DNA of 63,496 bases, taken from Mobula hypostoma. Its lineage: Eukaryota. Positions 37,865-50,870 of the stretch are shown one piece after another. Below the pieces are notes generated by a model. The model was not told the DNA's origin and ran no database searches. It saw nothing but the letters and a program-made list of their open reading frames with translations. The stretch lies in the NCBI RefSeq assembly GCF_963921235.1, contig NC_086106.1, forward strand, positions 32,798,001 through 32,861,496, written 5' to 3'. Both the position numbers and the translations under genes were made by a program. Position 1 is the first letter of the stretch. Every line of letters starts with the position of its first letter.

Positions 37865-39974
37865 ACTTCCTTTGCTCAGGTCCGACCAGTGTATTCGGGG
37901 ATTCACTGCCAGAAACCCGCTCTTCTGAATTACCTGACCGATGAAATGTACGATGAATATCTTAAACTGGGTTTTGCATTGTCACATGCTACTTCCATCA
38001 GCATTTCCGTCATTGAGAAATTAGCGACATTGTTTCAGTTCTGACTAGGATTATCAAATGTAGCTGCAGATTAATGTGCAACATTGAATACATTCACATG
38101 ATTGAATTATTTACCTCACCACAATAATGGTTAACCGAACCCCTGTCAACGCCAGAGTGCACTTTTGAAGCGCAGGACAAATAAATGAAGTGGACATGAG
38201 CTGACCTTAAGGGCAAATGAGCATATTACTAAGTTACAATCATTATCAATCTTATCAAAGTATCTGTGACCTGAAAAAGTTACCAGTTTTTCTTTACATT
38301 TGATGGTGCCTGGCTTGTTGAGTGTTTACAACGTGTTTTTTTTTTCATTTCCAACACCCGTCATTTCTTTTTCAGACTCGAAACGTTACTACCACCGTAA
38401 TAACCTTATAACATTTGCAGATTAAAGTGAATTGTCGCTGAAATAACAAGCATTACGGATCGCTTTGCTTGATTTAATGTTTTTGCTTATGTAAAGAAAT
38501 GTTGAAACTTTGAAATAATGCTCAGCCGCCCAGACGCAGCCACGTAAAGTCCAATCGGGAGAAGGAATTTATTTGCACGGAGAAGGAAGGCAGCTTTATG
38601 CCAGAAATCCAATAATCCACAGGATATGCTCTTTTTATGTGAATCTGCTTGATTCGTTGCCTTAAGTATATGCTTCTTCTAGAATAAGAATTAAAGTTTG
38701 CAAACCTTATCGTGGATAGATGTAGCTACATCTAATACAACAGATCATATTATCTTGACCAAAATAGGTTGTAAATATTAAAAGTTTCCTTTTTGCTGAT
38801 TGGCCCATGTAAGGCAGCAAGAATTTCAGTCTCTAGAAAATGCTCATTCAAAATTAATTCAGTTAAATTGGCAGTGCGTCACCCGGGTGCGAGGGAGATT
38901 TCCGCTCTGCTGCTTATACATCAGATATTTTCCATGCACAGAACACAATGCCCACTTAGACACTAACAAATCGACGTTTATCTGAGTAAATAGAGGTCCA
39001 GCTCTTAATAGCTGTGGTTTAAGAAAAACCATACTGTGGGATGGAGGGACGTTTGCCGATACTTGGGTCCAAATTTTACCGTTCAAGATATGTATTCATG
39101 ATGCAGGTGCAGTTCCGGTTTCAACGGTAGCTTTACATCTGAAATTATCTGAGAGAAGATTGCTGCTCGAAAGGGAATAGATAAATTCTGGAGTGAAGAT
39201 GAAACTGAAAGTTGAAGACTGGCGAAGTCGCACTTGTTGAGTGCTTACAACATTGTCTTGGTTTTATTTTAAATTTTGTTGAAAGACTGGACTCCTGTGG
39301 CGACATTACTGCAAAGTATGTCAATAAAAGTTGCATTTTGCATGGGGTGCATTTCTGACCAGAAATTTACAGTGAGTTTCGGAAACACGGATCTCTTCAT
39401 CTACCGCTCGGTTTAGGGGATTTAAAAAAAAATGTTAAATATACGATAGCTATTTTGTTTGGAGAACTAATAGAAATCGTTCAGACATTTGTGGAAAATT
39501 TGGATCACTATAAACTCATGGGAGTCAAATCCAATGACCAGGCGTGAAAGGTTAATATTAAAATTGCGGGGAAAATTTATGAAACTTAATATATGAATTA
39601 GATTGATTTGACAGTGATTGGCATTTCAGCGCGAGGTATTTGTATGCTTGCATGTTTGAGTACAGCTAGGAATGGGCGTTTTCCAGAGGAATGAATGGAA
39701 TAATAATGAGGGTAAAATTCAGTAGGAAGTCACGTCTCACAAAGCGCCTTAATCGTTTGATAATGAATGATTGCTATACTTTATTGATTGGCTTCTGTAA
39801 TTGGCCAAAAGCGTTACTCCTTGTATCAGAAAGTCTGACGCTAAAATACAAACAGGTATCAGTTCAGGTTATATCAATAGCAATCGGAACTGCTCCTTCT
39901 CCTTCTTTGCCTGACGCTCGGGATCGACGATGATTGGGTTCAATTCCGTTTTGTAGGTTCTGAGAACAATAATG

Positions 39975-40720
39975 AAAATAATGAGGCTAGTATAACGCGG
40001 TACATGCCATTCAGACCCCGATGTTGTGCCAACGTTTGACATACTCGAAGATCAATCTCACCGACATTTCCCCAATAGCCCTCCACTTTTCTTTCCTCGA
40101 CGCGCCTCTCTAAGGATCTCTTAAATAATCCCTCGGTCTCTAGCACCACTACAACCAGCGCGGTCAACGCACCTACCACTCTGTGTGTAATATGGTACTG
40201 TAGCGATGTGCTACACACTGCGCTGGAATATGACCCGTAGTCGGTGAGTCGGGGTTGCGATAAAAGAGATTTATTCAGACTTCGCGGCCTCCTTTAAAGC
40301 CTTCCCGTTCCCGCGCGCGGGATTTCCCCCCTGCTGGTGAAGATAGCCTGGCGCCCTTTTGGGGGCCGACCTATCTGCCGGCGCGCGCCGGTTCGTGTCT
40401 GCTAGAAAGTGTGTCGCCACAGTACCTCTGATATTCCTCCTAAAATCTCTCCTCAAATCACCTAAGATTAATGCCCCTCATATGAAACATTTCTGCTGTG
40501 GGAACTAGCCTTTGGTTGTCCTCTCAATCTATGCCTTTTATCATCTTGTACGTCTCTATCAAATCACCTCATGCCCTCCGTTGCTCCAAAGGGAATAAGC
40601 CTGGCTCGCTCTCATAAGACATGCTCTCGAATTCAGACAGCAAGCTGGGAAATCTCCTCTGCACTCTCTCTAAAGCTTTCACATCCTTCCGATAATGAGG
40701 CGACCAGAACTGCAAAGATT
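39975..40720 (-). mobile_element. CR1 3' fragment hosting a solo LTR
   Basis: Decayed CR1 3'-end sequence either side of 40199-40421. Confidence 0.65.
40199..40421 (-). mobile_element. solo LTR, 223 bp
   Basis: TGTAGCGA...TCGCCACA termini, 4-bp GTAC TSD (40195-40198, 40422-40425), AATAAA on the minus strand. Confidence 0.85.
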
Positions 40721-42479
40721 TTGTCAAGTAGTACCTGGAGTACCGTGTACTGTTTTAGTTATCCTGTATAGAAACAACCTTGTTAAACTTGGAAAAATGC
40801 AAAAAAGGTTATGAAAATGCCTTATGGTTATGGAGAGTGTGGGTGGAACTGTTATTTCCCTACAACTATCAGGCTTCTGAACTACCGTGAATAACTTGCT
40901 CACCACGACTGGGAACTGATTCGACATCCTACAGAATCAATTCCAAGCACTCTACAACTCGTGTTCTCGGTTCTATTTTTTTGTTTACGCAATGTGTTTT
41001 GACATTGACATTGGTCGTCAACGTTTGTTTATGTATAGATTTTCAAAACTTTTATCATATTTATTTTCCTGTAAATCCCTGAGCAACATAAATCTCCAGG
41101 TACTATTTGGTAACATACACGCACACTTCCATATAAATTTACTTTCGCTTTGACTTTCTTCCTTGGAGTATGGTAGACTGAAGTGTGCCATTTTCAAGAT
41201 GTGTAACATTAAGAAGGGAACAGATATGCTGAATGTAGAAGTCATATTCCTAGGAAAAGAATAAAAATTAGAAGCCATCGGATCATGCTGAGAAGGAAAA
41301 GAGTTAAAAAACAACACTGATAGACAGCTTCTTCAGACAACCGGCGGTGGTTATACAGAACGGGTTGCCAGAGGAATTGGTGCAATAAGGACGCTTAAAA
41401 AGGCATTTGGACAGGTATGTCGTTTAGAGGGATATTGTCCCAATGAAGATAAATGGGACTCGCTTCGACCGATATCTGGTCGCACTGAGAATCTGGCCGA
41501 AGGACCTGTTTCCGAGCTTTATGACTCTATGGTTTCCATGGGTGGTTTAGGACATGATTGAACGTGCGGGCCTCTGAGGAATTTGCGAGGTCGTGCCCAT
41601 CTTACTGCAGTTATGCTGGGAATTTCATAGCGCCATAGTTATAGAGGGAAACAGCACGGAAGTAGGCCCATCCGCCGGAGTTCCCAGTGCCGACAAATTC
41701 ACCGACCTCATCTAGTCCCTTTGCCTTTTTGGCATCTAACCTCATCCACAAGAGGATTAGATAGCCTGGTCGCTCAAGCAACAGCTACGTAAAGACCAAT
41801 GAAAGGTTCAAAGCTTCATTTATTATCAAAGAATACAACTCATTAACAAAGGATACAAATCATGGAACAAATGTGTGAAAAAGAAAAGTTCAAGGATGAA
41901 AAGAATTAGAGTACATTTATTATCAAGTATGTATTAAGTATACAATCCTGTCTGTTCCTACAGACAACGACGAAACAAAGAAAACCATGGAACCCGTTCA
42001 AAGAAAAACATCAAACACCCCCCCCCCCACACACAAAAAAAAAGAACAAATCACGCAAACGGCAAAAGCGAACGAAAAACAGAGAACATAAAACATCAAG
42101 CCGCAAAGTCATTGAAACAGACTAGGGATGTTCAGTTTAGTTCACCTCAGTTGAACTGTGTCGTTTTTTGACTACAGGCTGCATGGGCAGTCCGCTTCGA
42201 TCAAAACCACACAAAACAACAATGAAAAAGGGAGTAACCAGAAATCAGAAAAACATCATGACATGACCAACAGAGTCCAACCCACAAACCACGTGGATTA
42301 AACTTTTCCCTCAAGACCTCGGTACCATCCTCCTGCAGCATCGAGCGAGAGGGAGAGAGAGAGAGAGAGACCAATCGAATGCACGCACCTTCCTCTGAAA
42401 GAAGCGAGAGAGTGTGAGGGAGAGACCATGAATCATAATTTATTTTATAGTCTCTTAGATAAGCACAGGAATAATTTTA

Positions 42480-43640
42480 AAAAATGAGGACCATGCTGGA
42501 TGAAAGGGTTAGATTGCTTTTCAGGTAGGTTAAAAGGTCGATACAACATCGTGGGCCGAAGAGCCTGTACTCTGCTTTAATATTATGTGTTCTATGTTCT
42601 AAATCCTTTAAATACATTTTCCTTCTCTGAATGTTAATGCACTGAATTGGCAACATGCCATTAAAAGATTGTAATAGTATCCGCCTCGACATCTTCCTTC
42701 GTCAGCACGTTCCATATTCCCGCCAAGTCCTTTTGAAATCTTACCTTTAACCCATTCCTTCTGGTTATAGACTCTGCTACGCTTCAGAGGAAAAATTCCT
42801 AGTCTATCCAATCTCTACTTACAACTCAAGCCCCAGACTAAGCAAATTTCCAGCGGAATGACATCCTTCCTATAATTGGACGATAAGAACTGCACACAGG
42901 GCCCCAAGCATAGTCTCACTGATATCTTCTACACTTGCGACATGTCGTCTCAATTCCTGTATTCTGTACCCTGAATGACGAAGGTAAGCGTGCCAATCAC
43001 CACCTTACAAACCTATCTTCCTGTGTCTTCACAATCATGGAACCATATAAATGCAATTGTAAGTCCAGTTGCTATGTAGCATTTTCCTGGTAAATTTACA
43101 TTTACTTTGTACGGTCTGCTCTAGAAAGTGAAATTCTCCAATTTGTCCGAGTTAAATTCCATCGGCCATCCTTTGGTCTACATCCACAGTTTACCTTCAT
43201 CAACTCTTCCAAAAACTCTAATTAATCGGACGCGATTTTCCATGGACAACGCTATGCTGACTGTTCCTTATCACTCCTCGCCTTTCTCGAATCCTGGAAT
43301 GAAATCGGTAACTTTTCCACTACCGGTTGTGGGCGCTGCGGCCTATTGTTTTCTGGCTTGAATGAAAGACAGCGTTAGCCACCCTTCAGTCTTCTGTTAC
43401 CTCGCCCGTCGCTGCGGATGGTGCAAAGACAAGTTCTGGGGACTCTACAATTTCTTACCACAATATTCTAGGACACATTTAGTCCTGCCGCAGGTATTTG
43501 TCTACCTTATGATCACTATCATCACCTCCTTTTGGTGACATGAATAGAATTCAAGACCTCGCTTTTTATATTCCTCAATCCCCTAGTTTCCATGGCCTGC
43601 TCCGCGGTAAATACAAACGATGAATATTCATTTAGATTTC
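42480..43640 (-). mobile_element. CR1 fragments, decayed
   Basis: MDRLGIFPLKRSR and degenerate RT motifs. Confidence 0.55.
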
Positions 43641-43675
43641 AGACACTTCCTTTCTCTCTGCATATAAACGACTTC

Positions 43676-46600
43676 TGTAGTAGGTGCGGCTGCCAGGCTG
43701 GGTTTGAACCGGAGTTGCTATGGTGAAGTTACGTATATTTAACCAGTAGACCTCAAGAAGAGACTTAGACCTGGTGGACTCAAGTGCAGAGGAGACCAGA
43801 GACGAGGATGGAGTTAACAAAGAATCTTCACTTGTGGACTGGTTTGCAGAGTGCAGAGGCTATGACACGAGTATCACTATACAGAGTGTAGGTAAATTCA
43901 AGACTGAACAATGGTGAACAAAACACAAGGAACTTAAATAGGAAAGCAAAACAGGTCACGTATGTACTGGTAACTAAAACAAGACACTGGTGAAGATAAT
44001 CACCTTATACTTGGAAGGAGAATCGGAGCCTGGATGATTCTGGCGCCCCTAGTGATCGGGCCGAAGCATGACAGAACTCCCCTCCACGCCCTCCCCCCAC
44101 CCCTGGGAGGGAATCCACGACCTTTCCTTTGGGCCATAATCCTCCCAATCGACCAAGTACTGGAGCCAGCCAGGAACCAGACACGAGTCCAGAAGCTGAC
44201 GGCTGCCGGGTGAATGTCAATGATGCAAGGAGCCGGGTTCCGGGTCTGGCGCCAGCAGACTGCACAGAAGGGGCTTTAGATGGGAAACATGGAACGTGGG
44301 GCTAATATACATGACGTGTGCCAACTGAAACGGTAAGTGACTGCGTTGATCGGTGAACCTTCAACAATCCTACCTGGCTTGGTGCCAATTTCCGAGGCAG
44401 CCAGACCTTCTGACCAGGACGGCAAGAAGGGCCTAGCCTCCTTCGACGGTTGGCATGCCGCTGTTATTGCACAGAGGCCTTTAGCAGGGCTGCTCCAGCT
44501 TTTCCACACTTTTGCCAGCAACGACGGACGAACTGCTCAGCAGACAGTTTCCCACCATGGGCTTGCTCGGTAAACAGACGGAGTTGATCACCAAACTAAC
44601 GCTCAAAGGGAGACATCCCCGTAGAAAAGCAAACTCTGCCCAGAGCAGGTGATCACTCCATGTTGATTGATTTACCGATGCAAGGCAGCTCAGGGTGTTC
44701 TCCATGTCCTAGTTGCTCCACTTCCGTCTGCCGCTTGGACTGGGGGTGAAATCTCGATGAGAGGCTGACCGTTCTCCCATGAGATGATGGAAGGCTTACA
44801 GGAACCGAAATGTAAACTGCCGGCGTCGGTCAGAAACTACATCCCGGGAAAACATACGTTGCAGCATAAGGTTGGCCGTCGCCAAAGCGGAGGGAAGCTA
44901 GGATAGGGTCACAATGTGACAGGTCTTGGAGAACCGGTCCACCACCACCATAATCACGATGGTGGCTAGGCCGGTAGTGAACTCCATAGAGATATGGGGC
45001 ATGAACGGGAAGGAATGAGCAGTAGGTCCAGTGGCCCCTGTGGCCGGAATCTAGGTTCCTCTTTCTGGGTGCAGAAATGACGGGCTGCCACGCATGATTT
45101 AACATTCCTAACCATGCCCGACCACCAGACCGCCTCTTCAATAATTCCTCCGTTCGAGTACTACCCCGGGATGCCCTACGATGTCCCCACTGTAACATAC
45201 CTTAACTGAGAGAATTAGGGAAGAAAGAGCAACGCGAAGGACATTTCTATGGGTCTGCCTCTTGCTCTTGTGCCCTCCCGATGACGGTAGCAACCTGCTA
45301 CCGGGGCGGTGCCACCAGCCCGGACTTCGAGAGGATACAGTGCCTGTAAAATCAATTCAACCTACTTGGAAGTTGTCATGTTTTATTGTTTTGCAGCAAT
45401 GAATCCCAGTGGATTTAATTTGGCTTTTTTGAGACTGATCGAGAGAAAAAGACTCTTTAGTATAAAAGTAAAAACAGATCTCTACAAAGATATCTATATT
45501 AATTACAAATATAAAGCTCAAAATAATTGTTTGCATAAGTATTCACCTCCTTTAATATGACATGCCAAATCATCACCGATGCAGCCAATTGGTTTTAGAA
45601 GTCATATAATTAATTAAATGGAGATCTGATTTTGGAGACCTGTGTGCATTTATGGTGTCAAATGATTGTAGTAAAATACAATTGTATCTGGAAGGTCCAA
45701 CTGCTGGTGGGTCAATATCCCGGCAAAAACACCATAAAGGCCAAAAAAATACACTCCATGGATACAAGAAAATTTCCAAGTCACTGAATATCCATTGGAG
45801 TACAGTTAAGACATTCATCATGAAATGGAAAGAATATAACACAGCTGTAAATCTGCCTAGAGCAGGCCGTTCTTACAAACTGAGTGACCATGCAAGCAGG
45901 GGACTAGTGAGGGAGGCCACCAAGAGACCTATGATAACTCTGGATGAGTCACAAGCTTCAGAAGCTGAGATGGGAGAAATTGCACATACAACAACTATTG
46001 CCCTCTTGCTTTCTCAGCCGCAGTTTTATGGGAGAGCGGCAAAGAGAAAGCGACTGTTGAAAAAGACGCACATGAAATTTCGGCCAGAGTTTACCAGAAG
46101 GCATGTGAGAGACTGTGAAGTCAGCTGGAAGGAAGTTCTATGCCTTGATGAAACCAACAACTGAGCTTTCTGGCTGTCAGTCTGAACACTGTTTGGCGTA
46201 AGCCGAACACCGTGCATTATCAAAACACACCATCCCTACTGTGAAGCATGGTGGTGGCTGCATGATACTGTGAGGATGCTTCACTGCAGCAGGACCTGGA
46301 AGGCTTGTGCAGGTAGAGGGAAAAATGAATGCAGCAAAATATAGGGAAATCCTGGAGGAAAACCTGATGCAGACTGCAAGAGGACTGAAACTTGGGAGAA
46401 AACTTGTTTCCCAGCACGACAATGACCCCAAGCATAATGTCAACTCTACAGAAATGGCTTAAAAACAACGAAGTTAATACCCTGGAGTGGCCAAGTCAGA
46501 ATCCACACCTCAATCTAATTGAGAATTTGTTGCTGGACTTGAAACGGGTTGTTCACTCTTGATCCCCATGCAATGTGACAGAGCTTGAGCAGTTTTGTAA

Positions 46601-47755
46601 AGAAGAATGGGGAAAAATTGCAGTGTCCAGATGTGCAAAGCTGAAGGAGATCTATCCACACAGAGTCAAGGCTGTGATTGCTGCCTAAGATGCATCAACT
46701 AAATACTGTCTTGAAGGGGGTGAATACTTATGCAATCATTTATTTTCTGTTTTATATTTGCAATAAATTTAGATAACTTCGTAGAGATGTGTTTTCATTT
46801 TGACACAAAATAGTCTTTTGCTGTTGATCAGTGAGAAAAAGCAAGATAAAGTCGAGCGTAAAGCAATAAAACGAACACCTCTAAGGGGGCGAATACATTT
46901 TATAGGCACTGTAGGTTCTGGAACGGCGGTCAGGTCTTGTGGTTCAAACTGCCTGAAGAGAGCGTCAGGCTTCTGATTCGTCGAACAGGATGGTAGGTAA
47001 TGACAAAATCAGAAGGGTTAAAAGAGAGAGACCACCGACCCTGGTACCAAGTTAACCGCTTCGCTTCTTTGATATAGGCTAGGTTCTTCATATCGGTCCA
47101 GACTACAGATTGATGCTTTGCCCTTTCCACTTAACGTCACCGCTCCTTCAATGCTAATCTGACCGGCAATAGCTCTCTATTTCCTGTGTCATAATTCATT
47201 TCTGCCGGGAGAAGAAAACACGGGGATGGAGTTTCTGGTCAGACAGTGGTCGCTGCGAAAGAGCAACCCCAAACTCCGTGTCTGAAGCGTCTATTTCAAC
47301 AATAAATGGCAGCTCAGTGTAAGGAAGGAGAAGGACAGGAGCCATTGTGAAGTGATGCTTCAGGTTCTGGAAAGCTACCTCGGCTTCTAGGGTCCAGCGA
47401 AATGGTCCGGAGAATCCTTTAGTCAGAGCAGCAAGAGGTGCTACGATGGAATTGAGTTGCAGGTGACCTTCGGTTAAAAAAAAATACCAACCCCAGAAAT
47501 CGCTGCATCTACTTGATCTTGGTGGATTACGACGAATCCCTGGCGGCATGGGCCTTGCTAGGGTCCATCTGGAGTTTCCCCTTAGAGACCGTAAAGCCGA
47601 GGAAGAATACACAGAGATGTGGAACTCACTGTTCTCCAGTTTGATGAATGTTTGGTTGTGCAGTAAATATTGAAGGACCCGTCGAATATGTTGGACGCTG
47701 GCGCTCCCTGGTAGTCAGACCAAAGCATGAAAACTTCATTGATCCTTAGGAGGAC
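43676..47755 (-). mobile_element. chromodomain-bearing Gypsy (chromovirus) 3' half with 3' LTR, decayed
   Basis: RNase H IVEIDASD..G.ALSQ (47196-47612); integrase remnants; TYRF..PTFHVSHLKP; chromodomain [18 protein letters not shown]; polypurine tract at about 44074-44098; LTR TGTCA..CTACA at 43676-44073. Confidence 0.85.
45338..46911 (+). mobile_element. Tc1-family DNA transposon, full length, defective transposase
   Basis: TA|CAGTGCCT...AGGCACTG|TA; imperfect TIRs; GYKKISKSLNIHWSTV, DET, HGGG, QHDNDPKH. Confidence 0.95.
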
Positions 47756-47774
47756 GTGTCCTCTCCCTGTTTAC

Positions 47775-48027
47775 ACAAAATAATCTGCAGATGCTGGGGT
47801 CAAAGCAACACTCAAAACACGCTGGAGGAACTCAGCAGGTCGGGCAGCATCCGTGGAAACTATCAGTCGACGTTTCGGGCCGGAACCCTTCGTCAGGACT
47901 GCAGCATAGGGCCTCTGCCCCTTCCCCCTACAGTCCTGACGAAGGGTTCCCGCCCGAAAAGTCGACTGATCGTTTCCAAGGATGCTGCCCGACCTGCTGA
48001 GTTCCTCCAGCGTGTTGTGAGTGTTTC
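47775..48027. mobile_element. palindromic Penelope pLTR-only insertion with two opposed hammerhead motifs
   Basis: Inverted arms 47807-47901 and 47931-48025; 16-bp TCCTCTCCCTGTTTAC duplication (47759-47774, 48028-48043). Confidence 0.88.
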
Positions 48028-49067
48028 TCCTCTCCCTGTTTACTGCTTTGCGCTTAATATGCTTGCAGACCCTCTTAGACTTCTTTTCACCTCATCAGCT
48101 GGGGGGGTATTTCAATATTTTTCTTTGCTTTTCCACGATTTCTCTCAAGTGTACTCCTACATCTCTTATACTAGTCAAATAATTCGCTCCATATAAATTG
48201 TCAAACCTGTTTTTTTCCCTTTTTTCTGACTAGAACCTGAATATCCCGTGTAAACCAATATTATATAATCTTGGCAGCCCTGCCCGATCTTTAACAGAAA
48301 CACGATATTCTAAAACTCTCAATCCCGACTTGCCAAACGTACTTTTCCCGACAGTTTCTCTCAAGCAATCATTGCAAGTTTCTATCTAATGCCTTCCAAT
48401 TTTGTTTTACTTCGATGCACTACTTTGATTTGTACGATATTGCTGCAGGTGTGGGATGCCAATGATTGCAGTAACCTTCTCCATTCGTATCTTCTCAGAC
48501 TATTCGACAGATCACGCTAATTTGCAGTAAGACCCGGGCGAACTTCAGTCAGACACTGATGAGCTTCAAGAGACATTCGCACTACATAAGTGTCGAATCA
48601 TTACCATCTTCAACGGGAAGGAGTCTAACCAACTGCTTCCGGCGTGCAGTGGCATAAATATCCTGAGCGTCTTCTCCAGAGGTAGCCTTAGCTGGAGCAG
48701 GTACATAGAAACTAAGACTGCAAGTGTTCTTCAGGTTGCATACTCTGACACACGTCACTCACCTCTCGATATTCAAGACACTTTGCATTTTCCACAATGC
48801 ATAAGCCGAAAGCCTCGTGGAAAACTCGCCGCTTACAGCACTAACTTAATTGGAGCAGATTCAAGCCGTTTGCATCAAGCATCCATCCAATCAGACTCTC
48901 TAAGGTTGTAATTTCACCATTCAGCCCCTCTACCACGTGCCAGCGATGCAGGAATTAGAGGGATAGTACGACTGAAAATGTGCCGCTGCACAGCTCTTTT
49001 TTTTTTAGGTCAAACTCACACGCAGCGATACGAGAGTAAGCAAGCACACACTCTTGTGCTTTTTGAA

Positions 49068-50870
49068 ACATAGAAACAGAGAAAACCTACAGCACAATAC
49101 AGGCCCTTCGGCCCATAAAGTTGTGCCGAACACGTCCCTACCTTAGAAATTACTGGGGTTACCCATAGCCCTCTATTTTTCTAAGCTCCATGGACCTATC
49201 CAAAAGTCTCTTAAAAGACCCTATCGTATCCGCCTCCCCCACCGTTGCCGGCAGCCCATTCCACGCATTCACCACTCTCTGAGTAAAAAAAATACCCCTG
49301 ATATCTCTTTTGTAGCTACTCCCAAGCACCTTAAACCTGTGCCCTCTTGGGAAAAGCTTCTGACTACCCACACGATAAATGCCTTTCATCATCTTGTACA
49401 CCTCTATCAGGTCATCGCTTATCCTCCGTCGATCCAAGGAGAAAAGAACGAGTTCACTCAACCTGTTTTCATAAGGCATGCTCCCCAATTCAGGCAACAT
49501 CCTTGTAAATCTCCTCTGCACCCTTTCTATCGTTTCCACATCCTTCCTGTAGTGAGGCGACCAGAACTGAGCACAGTACTCCAAGTGGGGTCTGACAGGG
49601 TCCTATACAGCTCTAACATTACCTCTCGGCTCCTAAGTTGAATTCCACGATTGATGAAGGCCAATACACCGTATGCCTTCTTAACCACAGAATCAACCTG
49701 CGCAGCTCTTTTAAGCATCCTATGGACTCGAACCCAATGATCCCACTGATCTTCCACACTGCCAAGAATCTTAACATTATACTATATTCTGCCATCATAT
49801 TTGACCTACCAAAATGAACCACTTCACACTTATCTGGGTTGAACTCTATCTGCCACTTCTCAGCCCAGTTTTGCATCATATCAATGTCCCGGTGCAACTT
49901 CCGACAGCCCTCTACACGATCCACAACACCCCCAACCTTTGTGTCATCATCAAACTTACTAAACCATCCCTCTACTCCCTCATCCAGGTCATTTATAAAA
50001 ATCACGAAGATTAAGGGTCCCAGAACAGATCCCTGAGGCACACCACTGGTCATCGACCTCCATGCAGAATATGACCCGTCTACAACCACTCTTTGCCTTC
50101 TGGGGGCACGCTAGTTCTGGATCCACAAAACAATGTCCCCTTGGATCCCTTGCCTCCTTATTTTCTCAACAAGCCTTGCATGGTATACCTTATCAAATGT
50201 CTTGCTGAAATCCAGATACCCTGCATCTACAGCTCTTCCTTCATCAATGTGCTTAGTCACATCCTCAAAAAATTCAATGAGGCTGGTAAGGCATGACCTG
50301 CCCCTGACAAAACCATGCTGACTGTTACTAATCATATTATACCTCTCCAAATGTTCATAAATCCTGCCTCTCACGATCTTCTCCATCAATTTACCAAACA
50401 CTGAAGTAAGACTCACTGGTCTCTAATTTCCTGGGCTATCTTTACTCCCTTTCTTGAATAAGGGAACAACATCCACAACCCTCCAATCCTTCGGAACCTC
50501 TCTCGTCCCCATTGATGATGCAAAGATCATCGCCAGAAGCTCAACAATCTCCTCCCTCACCTCCCACAGTAGCCTGGGGTACATCTCATCCGGTCCCGGC
50601 GTCTATCCAACTTGATGCTTTCCAAAAGCTCCAGTACATCCTCTTTCTTAATATCTACATGCTCAAGCTTTTCAGTCCGCTGCATGTCATCACTACAATC
50701 ACCAAGATCCTGAAGTGAAGTATTCATTAATTACCTCTGCTATTTCCTCCGGTTGCATACACACTTTCCCACTGTCACACTTGATAGGTCCTATTTTTCA
50801 CGTCTTATCCTCTTGTTGTTCACACACTTGTAGAATGCCTTGGGGTTTTCCTTTTACCATTTATGAATTC
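49068..50870 (-). mobile_element. CR1 LINE RT to 3' tail
   Basis: YLDFSKTFDKV, GVPQGSVLGP, SKFDDDTKVGG, EYCAQFWSP; (TTTCTATG) tail. Confidence 0.9.

Noticed and set aside
38700-39140. LC..YLMYKQQSG as a decayed V
   Set aside because: No Trp, no clean YYC and no RSS.
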